From positions 59,134 to 123,133 of the forward strand of contig JAUYFM010000007.1 in NCBI GenBank assembly GCA_030690945.1: a stretch of 64,000 bases of DNA, written 5' to 3'. Shown piece by piece: positions 63,217-64,000 of this stretch. A program made the position numbers and the translations under genes. The notes beneath the pieces are model-generated. The model saw only the letters and a program-made list of their open reading frames with translations. It had not been told where the DNA came from and searched no databases. Source of the DNA: Smithellaceae bacterium. Lineage in GTDB: Bacteria > Desulfobacterota > Syntrophia > Syntrophales > Smithellaceae. The stretch's first letter is position 1. Every line of letters begins with the position of its first letter.

Positions 63217-64000
63217 ATGAAACTGGCCATTATCGGAGCGGGCCCTGGCGGCCTCTACGCAGCGCTCGCGGCGGCAAAAAAAAATATTCAGGTTGACCTC
63301 TTTGAAAAAAGAAAAGTCGGGGAGGGCATTGTTTGCGGCGAATGTATTTTTGATTCACTGGGGATTATGGCCAGACCGGGCAGGGGATTGTTGCGCCCCG
63401 TTGATGAGATTGTTCTGAGGGGCCGCGGGGATTTCACGTTTCCTTTGAGCAGGCACCGGAAATTATGGATGCTGGACCGCCGGATCTGGCAGCAGGAACT
63501 GGCCCACATTGCGGCAAGTCGGGGTGTTGTCATCCATGAAAACAAAAAGATTACGAAGGCTTGCCTGCGGCAGATGCAAAAGGAATATGACTGGATTCTG
63601 GACGCCGGCGGCGCTCCGTCGATAACATCCAGACTCTATCAATTTTCGGGTGATTATTTTCGAGAGTATCTTCTGGCGCATCAACTGGTGCTGGCGGGCG
63701 ATTTCAGCGCTCTGATGCCGCGCATCAAGGTTGCTTTTTTTTCGGATTTACCTTCTGTGTTTCAACCCGCCTATTATTGGATTTTTCCCAAGGATGCCGG
63801 GCGGGCCAATGTCGGCATGATCTGCACCGTGCGCGGCGCCTTGAGCAAGGAAAGACCGGACTTGAAAAAACTGATGGCGGATGTCTTGCGTGCGGAAGGC
63901 CTGGCCGATGCCACCGTGATGGAAAAGGGCAGCGGTGTTGCGACCAGCCGGATGTTGCCTCGTCTTGTCCATGACAATATTATCCTGGTGGGTGACGCGG
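63217..64000 (+). CDS. FAD-dependent oxidoreductase, geranylgeranyl-reductase family (5' partial, runs off the window)
   Basis: Read directly from the sequence: MKLAIIGAGPGGLYAALAAAKKNIQVDLFEKRKVGEGIVCGECI... The frame stays open to position 64000. It is not in the ORF track because no stop codon lies within the window. Confidence 0.7.
   Translation, partial: MKLAIIGAGPGGLYAALAAAKKNIQVDLFEKRKVGEGIVCGECIFDSLGIMARPGRGLLRPVDEIVLRGRGDFTFPLSRHRKLWMLDRRIWQQELAHIAASRGVVIHENKKITKACLRQMQKEYDWILDAGGAPSITSRLYQFSGDYFREYLLAHQLVLAGDFSALMPRIKVAFFSDLPSVFQPAYYWIFPKDAGRANVGMICTVRGALSKERPDLKKLMADVLRAEGLADATVMEKGSGVATSRMLPRLVHDNIILVGDA

Noticed and set aside
1-64000. I scanned intergenic regions for tRNA, rRNA and tmRNA genes, CRISPR arrays, integrases, phage genes and toxin-antitoxin pairs.
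   Set aside because: None was seen: no cloverleaf-like T-arm motifs in intergenic DNA, no periodic repeats and no integrase, recombinase or phage structural signatures. The only transposase-like gene is the RAYT.

Overview
This 64-kb chromosomal window is about 50% GC. Its gene content suggests a strictly anaerobic Desulfobacterota/Syntrophales-like bacterium; that is inference, not a database result. I call about 45 protein genes and find no rRNA, tRNA, CRISPR array or prophage.

Coding content, left to right:
- An NtrC-type sigma-54 two-component operon.
- rarA and a stand-alone trpB2.
- An ICMT-family methyltransferase and a PAS-GGDEF cyclase.
- A three-gene operon of exported enzymes: HEXXH protease, choloylglycine-hydrolase-family amidase and a histidine-phosphatase-like lipoprotein.
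- typA, hsp20-lon, an NDH-2 and an ADP-forming acetyl-CoA synthetase.
- An HD (SAMHD1-like) gene translationally coupled to a class III RNR-like nrdD.
- An SH3b protein, an M48 peptidase and a CHASE2 nucleotidyl cyclase.
- A four-helix-bundle (IVS-type) gene cassette and ubiE/menG.
- Wza/Wzz-like polysaccharide export genes.
- An acetyl-CoA hydrolase/transferase-GNAT fusion.
- An acyl-CoA operon: 5S-type carboxyltransferase, malic enzyme, thiolase, acyl-CoA dehydrogenase and a GcdA-type carboxyltransferase.
- A sensor-less sigma-54 activator and an HMG-CoA-lyase-like gene.
- A MacAB-type ABC exporter.
- A minus-strand operon with four benzoyl-CoA-reductase/2-hydroxyacyl-CoA-dehydratase-like subunits plus an MFS transporter and an M20 peptidase.

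The most interesting signals are mostly non-coding or at residue level:
1. A sigma-54 promoter plus terminator that delimit a candidate ~135-nt sRNA, divergent from the two-component operon.
2. A 19-codon leader ORF with three consecutive Trp codons, followed by a chain of alternative hairpins ending in a terminator, upstream of trpB2.
3. An NrdD-like protein whose canonical glycyl-radical Gly is Lys, coupled to the HD dNTPase-like gene, with no activase nearby.
4. A REP-RAYT system: a 28-bp palindrome family with a Y1 transposase gene sitting inside the reductase operon. REP copies lie in frame inside the RAYT gene and inside ndh.
5. Several MITE-like families. One 331-bp element has 29-bp terminal inverted repeats and a perfect 9-bp target-site duplication, and it sits exactly on the stop codon of the sigma-54 activator gene.
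6. Three GG-N10-GC sigma-54 promoters that tie the two activators to their likely targets.
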